A stretch of DNA of 64,000 nucleotides, from the NCBI GenBank assembly GCA_951406725.2, contig OX597827.1, forward strand, positions 6,944,001 through 7,008,000, written 5' to 3'. A model generated the notes under the pieces. The model saw only the letters and a list, made by a program, of their open reading frames with translations. It had not been told where the DNA came from and did no database searches. Shown piece by piece: positions 23,827-37,218 of this stretch; the stretch's first letter is position 1, and every line of letters begins with the position of its first letter. Made by a program: the position numbers and the translations under genes. This DNA is from Octopus vulgaris. Taxonomy: Eukaryota.

Positions 23827-26211
23827 CAGTTGTTTTCTTGAAGTTAGATCATCCCATCTATCAGCTGACATAGTTCTGCAGTAAATATTTTCCCTGTCTT
23901 CAATTGGTTGTTGAGGTTTCTTCAGATTTCTCTCCATTGTGCACTGAACTCCAGGAGGAACACAGGTAGGATCAAATATATATTTCGATTGGATGTTTAA
24001 TGCAGGTGTAACCTTGTGGTACATATCAACACTGTTGTTATAGTTGTTGTCTGTCTGCTTCAGTCTATGAACTATACAGATTGATATAGAGATCACTATG
24101 ACAACTGATACGATCACAGCTGCTACAACAATAACAATCATCACATTCAATTGGAGACCATTACTTGATTCTGTTGTTGTCTTTGAAGGGGTCTTAAATA
24201 TCTTGGATGTGTTGTTACTCACTGTTAGAGTCAAAGACAAAGTTGTTGTCGATGACAGAACTGGACTGCCACTGTCTTTCACACCTAATTCCAGTTCATA
24301 GTATCCAGCATCATTTTGGTAAAGTGAGCGAGAGAAAGATAAGACACCAGAGTGATGGTTCATTTGAAATAAGTGTTTCTCATTACCTCTGAGTATTTCA
24401 TATGTGAGGAAGGCATTGTGTTGACTGTCTCTGTCGGAGGCCCTAACAACTGTGATATCATGGTCAGAGTGGGGATGGTAGTGGACATTCAGACTGAAAG
24501 GGTCAACATTAGGGAAACTGAAATAGGGAGCATTATCATTTAAATCCATAACCTCAACAACAACATTTGCTCTCTTCTCCAGCGATGGTGTTCCTTTATC
24601 TTTTACTAAAACCTTAAACTCATACAGGTTCTTTTCTTCTCTGTCTAGGGACTCAGTTGTGGAAATGAATCCCACATCAGATATCTGAAATGGTAGAATA
24701 TCTTTTCCATCAGATAATAGAGAATAGGTTAATTGTCCTCCATCTCCAATATCTGGGTCTGTAGCATTGACATATCCAACAGGGAAGTCTTTGTGTTCAT
24801 TTTCATAGGTGAGAAACTTAAATATGTCCTGACTAAACTGAGGTTGTACATCATTTATGTCAGTAACCAACATTGAAAACTGTTTCTCTACTGTCAATGG
24901 AGGTGAACCATTATCTTGACATTTAATGGTAAAATTAAAGCTCTTCTCACTCTCTCTATCTATTTCACTCTTGACAACAACTTTGTATTTCTTTTCAGAA
25001 ATTAAAATTAGCTGAAGATATTTATTATGTAAATGACAGTTCACTTGTCCATTTTTTCCGCCGTCACTGTCAGTAATTTTGACATAAGCAACAAAACTGC
25101 CAATTTTAGATGCTTCTGAGATGACTGCTGTGTTTCCAGTTGACTCTATAACAAATTTGACATCGATTTTGGGAGAATTGTTAAGATGACTGATTCCAGT
25201 TACAAGAACAGTGGCAGCAGAGGACATTGGAGGGTTACCATTATCACTAGCTTCAACATACAATTTATATATCCTTCCAAATTGGAATTCTTTCTTTAAA
25301 AACAAATATCCGGTTAATTCATCTAATCTGAAAAACCGTTCTGTATATTTTGATGTTATGGCATTGAAAAAATAAGATATTAATCCATTTTCTCCTTCAT
25401 CTAAATCTGTAGCCAACAGCTTTGCAATCGGTTTGTTTAACTGGTGTGTGTCATTTACAGTGATATTATAATTCTTCTGAGAGAACAAAGGTTTATTGTC
25501 ATTTATATCCTTCACTAATATTTTAATACGAAGTACACCTTTTTTCTGCGGTGACCCATTATCTCTGGCAATTAACTGAATTTCATAAATGCTTTTTGTC
25601 TCACGATCTAAGACATTTTCTAGATTGAGTTGCAATAAATCAGATCCATCCAACTCTTTAGAAACAATCAATTTAAAAGGAGTATTTAAATCTTCAATCT
25701 CATAAGTGATTCTGGAATTCTGAATACTGACATCATTATCAATGGCATTTGGAATTATATACTTGGTTCCTATTAAATCATTTTCATCAAATTTTAAATG
25801 AAATTCCTCATTTGGAAACTTGGGAGAATTATCATTGACATCTTCTATTATAACTTTGATTTCTATTATCTTGAGAAAGGAATGGTCATGTTGAACAGCT
25901 ATTTCCAATATTCTGAAACATTCCACATCATATTGACACAGAATCTCTGCATCCAATATGGCAGCAGTGTATATTTGTCCTCCAGGTGTAACATTAAATA
26001 ACTGAACATCTCCATCATTACCACCCTGGAGTATATTAAATGTCAGTTTGTTACTATCATCCTGAGACTGAATATCATGTAGTAAGTGTGCATCAGAGAC
26101 AATATCTCCAATAAAGCTGTTTATATCATTGTTCTCTTTCACATGGTAGGTATGATCCACACACCAGGAGTTGTCAACCATCAACAACACCAACAAAACT
26201 ATGTATAACAT
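23827..26211 (-). CDS. Pcdh: Protocadherin gene 3, large coding exon
   Basis: 803-aa ORF, ATG at 26211, six EC repeats and TM; CTG|GTGAGT donor. Confidence 0.95.
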
Positions 26212-26427
26212 GGCTACAGTCTTCAAGTCTGTTGCAGGGAAATATATATGTAATATTCCAAGAAACTATCAAAGATTTGTGACTTCTTGTATTTTCTTCT
26301 GTTGCCTCCTGCAAACCTGTAAAAACATATAAACTTATTATGCATAAGAAAGGATGTAGTAATCAAGAAAATGCATATAATTTCTAACTGTAATTAATGA
26401 GATATTTTATGATAGAATTAGAAATTA

Positions 26428-26820
26428 TGCAAAGGAGTGGCTGTGTGGTAAGTAGCTTGTTTACCAACCACATGGTTCCGGGTTCAGTCCCACTGCGTGG
26501 CACCTTGGGCAAGTGCCTTCTACTATAACCTCGGGCCGACCAAGGCCTTGTGAGTGGATTTGGTAGACGGAAACTGAAAAAAAGCCTGTCGTATATATGT
26601 ATATATATGTATGTGCGTGTATGTTTGTGTGTCTGTGTTTGTCCCCCTAGCATTGACAACTGATGCTGGTGTGTTTATGTCCCCGTCACTTAGCGGTTCA
26701 GCAAAAGAGACCGATAGAATAAGTACTGGGCTTACAAAGAATAAGTCCCAGGGTTGAGTTGCTCGACTAAAGGTGGTGCTCTAGCATGGCCGCAGTCAAA
26801 ATGACTGAAACAAGTAAAAA
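26428..26820 (+). mobile_element. SINE copy
   Basis: Same family as 9021-9415. Confidence 0.85.
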
Positions 26821-27288
26821 AGGGGCAAGGCAGCAGAATCATTAGCACACCAGACAAAATGATTAGCAGTATTTTGTTCATCTTTACATTCCAAGTTCAA
26901 ATTCTTGCATAGTCAACTTTGCCTTTCATCCTTTCGGGATTGATAAAATCAATACCCATTGAACAGTACAGCTGATGGAATTGATTTACCAAAATGGACT
27001 CAACTCATTTAGTCTTGTCTTTCTGATTCATATTAAACCAACACACTGGATGGTGGAGATCAACGATGCCATTTGGTTAAACACATCACTTGAATCTTTT
27101 TATCATACACTTGTTTCAGTCGTTAGACAGCGGCCATGCTGTGGCACTGGCCTGATAATATATTCTCTCTTTACGACCGTAGTACTCCCCAACCGTTTTA
27201 TTCCAAAAGTTATTAAGTTGCAGAACGTTTAGAATGAGTCTCTGTTTCATTGATATTATTCCTTTTTAAGACTCATACTTATTGAGTC

Positions 27289-27677
27289 GTGGAGGCGCAA
27301 TGGCCCAGTGGTTAGGGCAGCGGACTCACGGTCATAGGATCGCGGTTTCGATTCCCAGACCGGGCGTTGTGAGTGTTTATTGAGCGAAAACACATAAAAA
27401 AGCTCCAGGAGTCTCCGGCAGGGGATGGTGGTGATCCCTGCTGTACTCTTTCACCACAACTTTCTCTCACTCTTATTTCCTGTTTCTGTTGTACCTGTAT
27501 TTCAAGGGGCCGGCCTTGTCACTCTCTTTGTCACGCTGAATATCCCCGAGAACTACGTTAAGGGTGCACGTGTCTGTGGAGTGCTCAGCCACTTACACGT
27601 TAATTCCACGAGCAGGCTGTTCCGTTGATTCGGATCAACCGGAACGCTCATCGTCGTAACCGACGGAGTGCTTCCAC
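27289..27677 (+). mobile_element. tRNA-derived SINE (second family)
   Basis: A-box-like TGGCCCAGTGG, B-box-like GGTTTCGATTCCC; 11-bp TSD CTTATTGAGTC (27278-27288 and 27678-27688). Confidence 0.85.
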
Positions 27678-28215
27678 CTTATTGAGTCACATTCTGTGTT
27701 TAGTTATTTAGAAATTAAAAAAATTCAGAAATATGGCAACAAAATGAGTTGTTCCCCTTTAATATTGACCTACAAAAAATACGAAACCAAGCAATAATTG
27801 CCAAAATAGCCCGAGCTGAAGAGATAATTTCCTTCATTACATCCACCTTCTAATTACAGATATTTAACCATTCTGTTATATTTAACATCATTCTCTCATT
27901 AAACATTAGCTATTCTAAGCATAGCCAAACCTCCAGTAATTCCAGAATTTACAGTAAGAGTTAAATTACAAATTTTTTAATTTAGTGAAATTATAGCTTT
28001 CCTAAAATTTACTATTCTAGATAGTCTTCGAGGAAAATACCATTTGTATTCCAGATTTGATATCTGGGAATCATGATGGGGTACAAATATCTGAATAGAA
28101 TAATATTCTATTATTACATCCTGTCTGTACCAATAGAATGAACTTGTGAATAAATAAACCATTTGAAAAACATATAAAAGATTACACAAGAGAATAAGTT
28201 CTAATAAGTACTTAC

Positions 28216-28470
28216 CAACAGTTGTCAGTGGTTTATATAGTTGTTGCTGTGCTGTTTCAGGGTTTTGGTAACAAAGTTATATCAGTAGCAGAAGTTCTGA
28301 GTAGTTTGGTATGTGACAGTGTTATGTAGTTCTATGGAGTTGGTTGTGTAGTATGTAATGTGTGTTGTAGCCAATGACAAGCTGTCTTTTATTCCAGTGC
28401 AAGGAAACGGAAATACAGCCTCCAACTTTTGCAGTTAATGATGGGCTGACTCACAGACTGGTTTACTTAA
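28216..28470 (-). promoter_or_regulatory. Putative promoter and non-coding exon 1 of Pcdh gene 3
   Basis: GTTG|GTAAGTA donor; CCAAT at 28371-28375; conserved block. Confidence 0.7.
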
Positions 28471-29526
28471 CCCACACCCACTTACATATATATATGTGTG
28501 TATGTGTGTTAGTACATAAATGAATAAGGAAGAAATGTCTAATGATTAGAAGGAAGTGGACAGGCAATAAATTCAGTATGGAAAATATTTCTAAATAAGG
28601 ATGATATATATGAGTAGAATTCTGGAAAATATGTCTAACTTTAGTAAATTTATCATACAAATTGTACATAACTTTAAAAAAGTTATGATGTAACCAAAGT
28701 AAAATTAATTAGTATAAAAAATAGATTTATGTAAATATTATGTTAATATAATAAAATTCCAGTGACAGTATAGAGAAAAACTTTTTCGAAAATACGAAAC
28801 TGTGGCTATCAATAAACTAATAGTTGTTTGCTGGAAATCTCTGTAGCAGAGGATTAAAGGAATGCAGAATGGAAGAATGCGAATAAAGAATGATACTTTA
28901 AAAGTCGCATAATCACATTGGTGCATTTGTAAAATTAAATCACCAGACTTTATTTTCAATTTGATAGATTTTCTCAAAATTAATAATAATATCCAAGAAT
29001 TTCATAAAGAACAGAAGAATAAGGAGTTTCTAACAGATATATATGGTACAAACTATTGCAGTAAAATATAGAATAAATCTCAGATCTTGTAACAAGACAG
29101 TAACAGCTAGGATTCTTCGAAAATGTAAGTTCATAGCATAATAAAATACAAATTAAAAACTTCATGAGGTTTTCTATTTGAGGAATGGATTAGCAAAAAT
29201 GTTAGAATATTGAATAAAATGTTTGCTGTGTTTAGTTACAAACTATTATGCACTGTGCTGAAATTGCTATGAGGTTAACTTTATTTTATCAATGCCAGAC
29301 GAGATTAAATATAAGACAAGCAATGGGGTTGATTTAATGTTATATTAAGTCTGAAATAGAAAATGAAAACTAATGGAAACTAAAATTGAAACATTAATGA
29401 TCAGTGTTTTACTATAACAAGAAATATTGTTTTGTTATTAATATTTTCCATTAATGTATTCCTTACTGGAAATGTATTGCCTGTCTTGAGAAAATAATGC
29501 TTTGTTATGTTCTTGAAATTATGCTA

Positions 29527-29858
29527 TTAGACGTCTGTTGCAGATAGAGGAGGGAGTGGAGGTACCTGGGGTGATGAAGGTACCTTTGGTAGTGTTGTTA
29601 TTTTGGGTACAGCTGGCAGAGATGGTTTACAGTCTGAAGTAAACTGACTTTTCACTGGTGCTGTAGAATGTTGGTCAGTTATGTTAGATGTGGTCCCAGT
29701 AATAGTCAAAGGTGTTTGGTCAATCGAACAGGAAGTGTTATTATCGACATTAGGGTGATGCTGATATCCATATTTGTTATCTCCCCTTGATCTGTTGAGT
29801 GTGTTTTGAAGTTGATTTCTTCTCTTCCATGTCTGGTCACTTTGGTAACGGCACAGAT
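29527..29858 (-). CDS. Pcdh: Protocadherin gene 4, terminal exon 4 (ends SATDV*)
   Basis: ttttag|AT acceptor; 332 bp open frame to TAA. Confidence 0.85.
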
Positions 29859-30446
29859 CTAAAAAAAATCAAGATTTTGTATAAATATATTTTGCAATCA
29901 ACAATTAACCTCATTAACATTTCTTTCACGTATAAAATTATTCTACATTTGTGTAGATTTGTTCGAAAGTTTGAATTTTTAATCCACAGCTTCATAATTT
30001 ATTGATAATGAAGAATTTAATTAAATACAGATGTTTCTCATATTTACATTGTCTTTCTTGATTATGATCAGATTTGAAAAGAAAGTTTGGAAGGAGAAAT
30101 TCATGTGAATGAATTCTAATAGAACTTTTTATAATATCAATATATTTTACCTTGTTAGATATGAACAACAAACGTTAATTTGAAATTACATTATAGTCCT
30201 GCACTTTTGGAGACCAGTGGAATGAAAGCACCCATCCTTGAAAAGCAATGAAGGATTAGCAAAAGAAAGAGCTAAGTGTATGCATTGCCTTAATATTCTA
30301 CTCATCTGACTCATGCTAGCATACGAAAAATGAACAGGAAAAGAATGAACTAAATTAAATATATTTAATTCTCTTTCATTAGTAAATATAATATCTAATT
30401 TAAAAGTTTTTTAAATCAGAAGAAATTCTTGGTATTTTTAACTTAC

Positions 30447-30594
30447 CTGGAAGTTCCTCATAGTGTCCAGCACTACCGACACTCCAGCCATGACCACTAT
30501 CAGTGTGAGATAATTTTGACATCTCACTGAGTTGATCCGTATTGTTTAGCTCTCTGTAACCTGGAGACATAGTTTCCTCTCTTGGAATAAACAT
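30447..30594 (-). CDS. Pcdh: Protocadherin gene 4, exon 3 (148 bp)
   Basis: tttcag|ATG ... CCAG|GTAAGT; contains DSGHGWSVGSAGHYEELPG. Confidence 0.88.
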
Positions 30595-30939
30595 CTGAAA
30601 ATATAAATCCAGTGGATCATCATGATGTTCTGGACACTTAAAAATCAAAATATAATTCAGAAATTTAAACAATTTTAAGAAACCTTCAGTTGGGAGGTTA
30701 ATTTATAAAATTTGGTACAGGTCATCTGTTTGAAAGTTGAGTTCTTAAAGAAGATACAAAACATCTGTCAGAATGCTGAAGCAATTTACATTCTCTGTCT
30801 CCAAGGTGTCTACTTCATCAACATTTCTTAACACAGATATTTTTGACTTGAGATTGTAATATTTAGAGAAGCTTACAACTCTATATTAAGAGATTTGAGT
30901 TCCGAAATATCTTTTTAAATTAGAGTGTGGATGATATTA

Positions 30940-31161
30940 GAAGGCAGTGAGCTGGCAGAATCGTTAGCACGTCAGGCAAAATGCTTAGCGGTATTTCGTC
31001 TGCCGTTACATTCCGAGTTCAAATTCCACCGAGGTCGACTTTGCCTTTCATCTTTTCGGGGTCAATAGATTAAGTACCAGTTATGCACTAAGTTTGATGT
31101 AATCGACAATCCGTTTGTCCCCTCTGTGTTTAGCCCCTTGTGGGTAGTAAAGAAATAGGTA
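30940..31161 (+). mobile_element. SINE (third family, ggcagtgagctggcagaatcgttagcac head)
   Basis: B-box-like GAGTTCAAATTCC; related copies at 38843-39078 (-) and about 26825-26980. Confidence 0.75.
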
Positions 31162-31329
31162 TTAGAGGGCAGATTTATGATTTTTTTTAAAATGCATATA
31201 TAATAACAGAAAAATGCTATATTTTTACGAAAATAACAAACAAAGCTAAATTATCGATTTAATTCAATAAAACCACCATGACAAGCATCAATAACTGCTT
31301 CTACACAGAGTAGAAAGTGTTTACAAGCT

Positions 31330-32375
31330 CGGATTAAGAAGTTCTTGTTAGACATATCTCAAACCATGGTGGCTTTCAAAGAATCTTTGGTACTATAGGG
31401 GTGTTTGTTGACATTTTACGCAAGGGTGCTCCATACGTAGTAGTCCAGTGGATTAAGAGCTAGAGAATTTAGAGGCCAAATGTTGGAGGTGATGTGATAA
31501 TGCAAATTGTCAGCCATCTATTCTTGAGTCATTTGAGCCTTGTGTGATGGTACAGAATCTTGTTGAAAGGCATAAGGCCTTCCATTGCATACACTGATGA
31601 CCCAAGGCTAAACTTTATCCAGAACCTCGGTATGCATGGCAGATTTCACCCTAAAGCCCTGTGGGAAAAGTGAAGATGCATCATATGTCCTTCATTGCCA
31701 ACAAAACCCAAAACTATAACACTTGCAGGAAATGCTGCACATTACTCTTGGAACCTCTGAAGGGTCTGCACATAGCCATCTGTCATTTCTTCAATTAGTT
31801 TCCTGGTCCTGGCCAAAGATTTTCTCATCTGAGAAAAACCAAATCACAGCATCTTCTAATGCATTTTAAAGTTTGTCAGAAAGTCTTCTGGATCTGATTA
31901 AATGGTTTTCTTTTGTTTTTTCCTCACATGAATTGACCTCTCCTCATCAAATAAGATTTGTATCTGATGTCTTCATGCACAACATTTCTGAATGGTTTTT
32001 CTAACACAAAATGTTTTTACAATTGACCTCATTGATTTTCCTGGATTGTCTTCAATGTTTTGTCTAACTACCTGAATAAATTCAGGTGTTCTGATAGAAT
32101 CAGAGTGTTTTTCATGCTTTGATACCAGTAATACACTTCCGTCTTCATTCTGTAACTCACACTAAATCTTGTGGACAAAAGATCTTGCAACCTTCAGAAA
32201 CAAGAAATTTCTAAATCACTATGCTCAGCCTTCAAAGCCACAATCACAGCTTACCTTTTCATCTTAATTCGTAAGCATAAGACTTGTCATTGTTACTTTC
32301 TAAAATAGAAGTTCAATAAAAATTAAAGTAAAGACTAAAAATGCATGTGTCTTCGAATGCTGTCCATGCCCTGTA
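31330..32375 (-). pseudogene. Degraded Tc1/mariner-superfamily transposase relic
   Basis: Minus-strand translation near 31430-31480 gives WPLNSLALNPLDYYVWS, matching the WPxxSPDLNPLDY motif; no long ORF; boundaries approximate. Confidence 0.6.
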
Positions 32376-32498
32376 CTTGAGAGTCCACCAATATTTATTC
32401 ATGCAACATAGAAAATCTTTTCTACAGATAAAAATAGCAAACGTTTTATTTACGTCTATTGTTTACTGCACTTGTGTTTATATAAAAATACTAGTAAA

Positions 32499-32837
32499 TG
32501 GGAGACCCACTTCGGTCATGAATGACCATGGGATTGCACCTAGAAAATCATCCTCCAAGGTACAAGTCCAGGCAAGGGTGTTTATTGAAAGCCGGCAGTC
32601 GCCCATGCATACCAGCCTCCCCTCTCTACACCACTGATGTTGTCCAAGGGAAAGTCAAGGGCCAATACAGCTTGGCACTTGTGATGTCGCAACTCATTTC
32701 TACAGCGGAGTGAACTGGAGCAACGTGAAATAAAGTGTCTTGCTCAAGAACACAACACACAGCCTGGTCCGGAAATCGAGCTCACAACCTCACGATCGTA
32801 AGCTCGACACTCTAACCACTGAGCCATGCGCCTCCAC
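32499..32837 (-). mobile_element. tRNA-derived SINE
   Basis: Minus-strand head gtggaggcgcatggctcagtggttagag...gctcgatttcc resembles the head at 27289. Confidence 0.8.
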
Positions 32838-33218
32838 AATAATAGCAATTATTTCAAATAGTGTAAATGTAATATTTCTCCAACCGTAAAGATTGTGGAA
32901 GTCAATAAATATTTGTTGCTTCTCAATTTCATTTGCAGCACTCGTATGGTACTTTTCCCATTTCAGTTAATTTTTTGAAGCAAATACATGCAGAGAAGAC
33001 ACAGGTACAAAAGAGGGAACAATTTAAAAGTAAAATAATGTGATTTTTAAATATTTTCTTCAAATGATTGCTCTTGCAAAGGTGTATTTACATGGTACCA
33101 AAATGATTGCTCTGAAATATATATAAAGCAATTATATTTCATACAGGAACACAAAAACAAATGAAATATGCAACAACCCTTTTTTTCTTGATATTTCAAA
33201 TAAATATAAGCAATTTAC

Positions 33219-35605
33219 CTGTTCAGGTCTGTTCAAAGTAAATTTGTTCCACTTATCACTTGGTATGGTTCTGCAGTAAGTATCTTCCCTATAAACCTTT
33301 GATTCTTGAGATGGCTTCAGATTTCTCTCCAATGTGTACTGAACTCCAGGAGGAACACAAGTAGGATCAAATATATATTTTGATTGGATGTTTAATGCAG
33401 GTGTAACCTTGTGGTACATATCAACACTGTTGTTATAGTTGTTGTCTGTCTGCTTCAGTCTATGAACTATACAGGTCGATATAGAGATCACTATGACAAC
33501 TGATACGATCACAGCTGCTATAACAATAACAATCATCACATTCAATTGGAGACCATTACTTGATTCTGTTGTTGTCTTTGAAGGGGTCTTAAATATCTTT
33601 GATGTGCTGTTACTAACTGTTAGAGTCAAAGACAAAGTTGTTGTCGATGACAGAACTGGACTGCCACTGTCTTTCACACCTAATTCCAGTTCATAGAATC
33701 CAGCATCATTTTGGTAAAGTGAGCGAGAGAAAGATAAGACACCAGAGTGATGGTTCATTTGAAATAAGTGTTTCTCATTACCTCTGAGTATTTCATATGT
33801 GAGGAAGGCATTGTGTTGACTGTCTCTGTCAGAGGCCCTAACAACTGTGATATCGTGGTCAGAGTGGGGATGGTAGTGGACATTAAGACTGAAAGGGTCA
33901 ACATTAGGGAAACTGAAATAGGGAGCATTATCATTTAAATCCATAACCTCAACAACAACATTTGCTCTCTTCTCCAGTGATGGTGTTCCTTTATCTTTTA
34001 CTAAAACCTTAAACTCATACAGGTTCTTTTCTTCTCTGTCTAGGGACTCAGTTGTGGAAATAAATCCCACATCAGATATCTGAAATGGTAGAATATCTTT
34101 TCCATTAGATAACAGAGAATAGGTTAATTGTCCTCCATCTCCAATATCTGGGTCTGTAGCATTGACATATCCAACAGGAAAGTCTTTGTGTTCATTTTCA
34201 TAGGTGAGAAACTTAAATATGTCCTGACTAAACTGAGGTTGTACATCATTTATGTCAGTGACCAGCACAGAAAACTGTTTCTCTACTTTCAATGGAGGTA
34301 AACCATTATCTTGACATTTAATGGTGAAATTAAAGCTCTTCTCACTCTCTCTATCTATTTCACTCTTGACAACAACTTTGTATTTCTCTGCAGATACTGA
34401 GATTAGCTGAAGGTATCTGTTTTGTAAATGACACTTCACTTGTCCATTTTCTCCACTGTCATTGTCAATAACTTTGACATAAGCAACATACCTGCCGGCT
34501 CGAATTGCTTCTGAAATGAGAATTGTGTTTCCAGTTGTCTTTAAGAGAAACATGACATCAATATTTGGTGGATTATTACGATGTGTGACACCATTTACCA
34601 GAACAATGGCTGTTGAGGACATAGGTATTTTACCACAATCCCTGGCTTCAACAGTTATTTTATACATTTTTCCAAATTGAAATTCATTTGTTATAAACAT
34701 TTCTCCTGTCGTCTTATACAATTTAAAACACTGTTTGATTTTATTTGGAGTTTTAGCACTAAATATGTATGAAATTTTCCCATTTTCCCCTTCATCTAAA
34801 TCAGTAGCCAACAACCTTAGAATCGGTTTGCGCATTTGATGTGTGTCATTTAGAGTCACATTGTAGATATTTGGGAAAATACAGGGAAATTATCATTTTT
34901 ATCTTCCACTAAAATTTTGATGTCCAATATACCTTCTTTTGGTGGAGATCCCCCATCTGTGGCAATCAGCTGAAGATTATAAATGCTTTTAGTCTCACGA
35001 TCTAAGTTACCTTCTAGAATTATCTGTAATACACTAGATTCATCTGCTCTCTTCAAAACAAACAATTTGAACGGAATATGTAAATCTCTTAGCTGATAAT
35101 TGATCTTTGAGTTCTGAATACTGACATCGTTATCAATGGCATTTGGAAGTGTTTCTTTTCTTCCTTTTGCTGCACTTTCATCAAACTTTAAATGCAATTC
35201 CTTTTTTTGAAAAATTGGATAATTATCATTGACATCTTCTATCATAACTTTGATTTCTAATATCTTAATAAAAGAATGGCTATTTTGAACTGCTATTTCC
35301 AATATTCTGAAACATTCCACATCATATTGACACAGAATCTCTGCATCCAATATGGCAGCTGTGTGCAGTTGTCCTCCAGGTGTAACATTAAACAACTGAA
35401 CACTTCCATCGGTACCACCCTGGAGTATATTAAATGAAAATTTGTTGCTCTCATCCTTAGTCTGTATATCATCCAGTAAGTGTGTATCAGTGACAATATC
35501 TCCAATATAACTGTTTATATCATTGTTCTCTTTCACATGGTAGATATGATCCACACACCAGCAGCTGTCAGCTGTCAACAACACCAACAAAACTATGAAT
35601 AACAT
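33219..35605 (-). CDS. Pcdh: Protocadherin gene 4, large coding exon with 1-bp frameshift at ~34873 (pseudogene or assembly error)
   Basis: ORFs 34856-35620 and 33132-34859 join into a full Pcdh; GGG here versus GGGG in the near-identical gene 2 tract; CAG|GTAAAT donor. Confidence 0.88.
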
Positions 35606-35826
35606 GGCTAAAGTCTTCAAGTCTGTTGCAAGGATACGAATGTGTAAAGTTGATAGAATCTATCAAAGAATTGTGACTTCTTGAATATATTCTTTTTTTC
35701 TGTCCTGTAAACATGTAAACGTATTATGCATAAGAAAGGATGTAGTAATTAAAAAAATTCATATAATTTGTAAAATTATAAATTATGGCAAGGTGACAGA
35801 ATCATTAGCACACCAGACAAAATGAT

Positions 35827-36240
35827 TTTTACTCTCTCTCTTTTACTCTTTTACTTGTTTCAGTCATTTGACTGCGGCCATGCTGGAGCACCACCTTTAA
35901 TCGAGCAACTCGACCCCGGGACTTATTCTTTTGTAAGCCCAGTACTTATTCTATCGGTCTCTTTTGCCGAACCGCTAAGTAACGGGGACATAAACACACC
36001 AGCATCGGTTGTCAAGCAATGCTTGGGGGACAAACACACTCACACAAACACACACACGCATATATATATATACATATATACGACGGGCTTCTTTCAGTTT
36101 CCGTCTACCAAATCCACTCACAAGGCTTTGGTCGGCCCGAGGCTATAGTAGAAGACACTTGCCCAAGGTGCCACGCAGTGGGACTGAACCCGGAACCATG
36201 TGGTTGGTAAACAAGCTACTTACCACACAGCCACTCCTGC
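35827..36240 (-). mobile_element. SINE copy (reverse)
   Basis: Reverse complement of the 9021-9415 family. Confidence 0.85.
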
Positions 36241-36511
36241 ACCTGGGACTGCAATATTTTTTGTTCATCTTTACATTCCAAATTCAAATTCTTCCATAGT
36301 TAACATTGCCTTTCATCCTTTCGGGGCTTATAAAAGGAGCAGCCATTGAACAGTATGGTTGATGTAATTGATTTACCCCTTCCCCCAAAACTGCTGGCCT
36401 TCTGCTAATGTCTCTACATTTATGACGAAGACTCCTCAAACCATTCCATTCTTTCTCTCAGGATGCATTTCCATCAACATATAGGGTGAACTCTTTCAAA
36501 CAGTAGTTTAA

Positions 36512-36723
36512 CTCTTTAGTGTTCGCATTATTCTGCCAAAATTAATGCATTTTTATCCACATTGCCTTGAACTAATCATGCATTATCTTGTAGCTTTGAG
36601 ATTTTGATGAGGTAGCTGTTAATTTTTAAAACGATATTGTAGGGTTAGTGTGAGAGACCAGATATGGCCATAAAACAGGCAGAATACTTTTGGCCAGATA
36701 TGGCCGGTTTAAATGCTAAAGGG
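36512..36723. mobile_element. piggyBac-like MITE
   Basis: TTAA|CTCTTTAG...CTAAAGGG|TTAA; homologous to 11493-11711. Confidence 0.78.
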
Positions 36724-37146
36724 TTAATACAATAGAATTTTATGATATTTCCCTCCTGCACAAATAAGTTATGCTTTGATGTGTAAAAATATTACATAAA
36801 TCATCTTATCTCTTTTTCTGTAACAAATATTACTTAAATTGTTATCATTTCAGGAACCTACTTTATCACTAAACCAAATGAAGCTGCTGACCTCCCCTGT
36901 TCGAAGGTTATAATGGACACAGGTTCATGTGTCACATAGCTAGCTAGAGGTGATGGCCTCTTGGAGCTAATCAACGGCAGCATTCGTCCTATTTATCTGG
37001 ACTGCCATGTTAGGTTGGCGATAACTATTAATATCCAGTACCGCTGCTGTAGTCTCCTTTAGAGAGACTTAGAAATAATGATATTTCTATTTTTGAAAGC
37101 CAGTGGATGTATTCCACTGAATTTAGGTAAATAATCCTTTGACACC

Positions 37147-37218
37147 TGCTGGGTTCGGCCACTCCACATTGATAAAAAGCAAACACCTTGAAACTAGTCT
37201 GTGGATGCCAAGCCAGCA
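37147..37218 (+). ncRNA. Type I hammerhead ribozyme, U3-A8 variant (copy 1)
   Basis: UCCACA-UUGAUAA-A-AAG(CAAACAC)CUU-GAAAC-UA-GUC^UGUGGA; stem I extended by GGC/GCC and UGCUGG/CCAGCA; predicted cut after C37199. Confidence 0.82.

Noticed and set aside
27289-27365. tRNA gene
   Set aside because: tRNA-like head runs into a SINE body flanked by an 11-bp TSD; no proper acceptor stem
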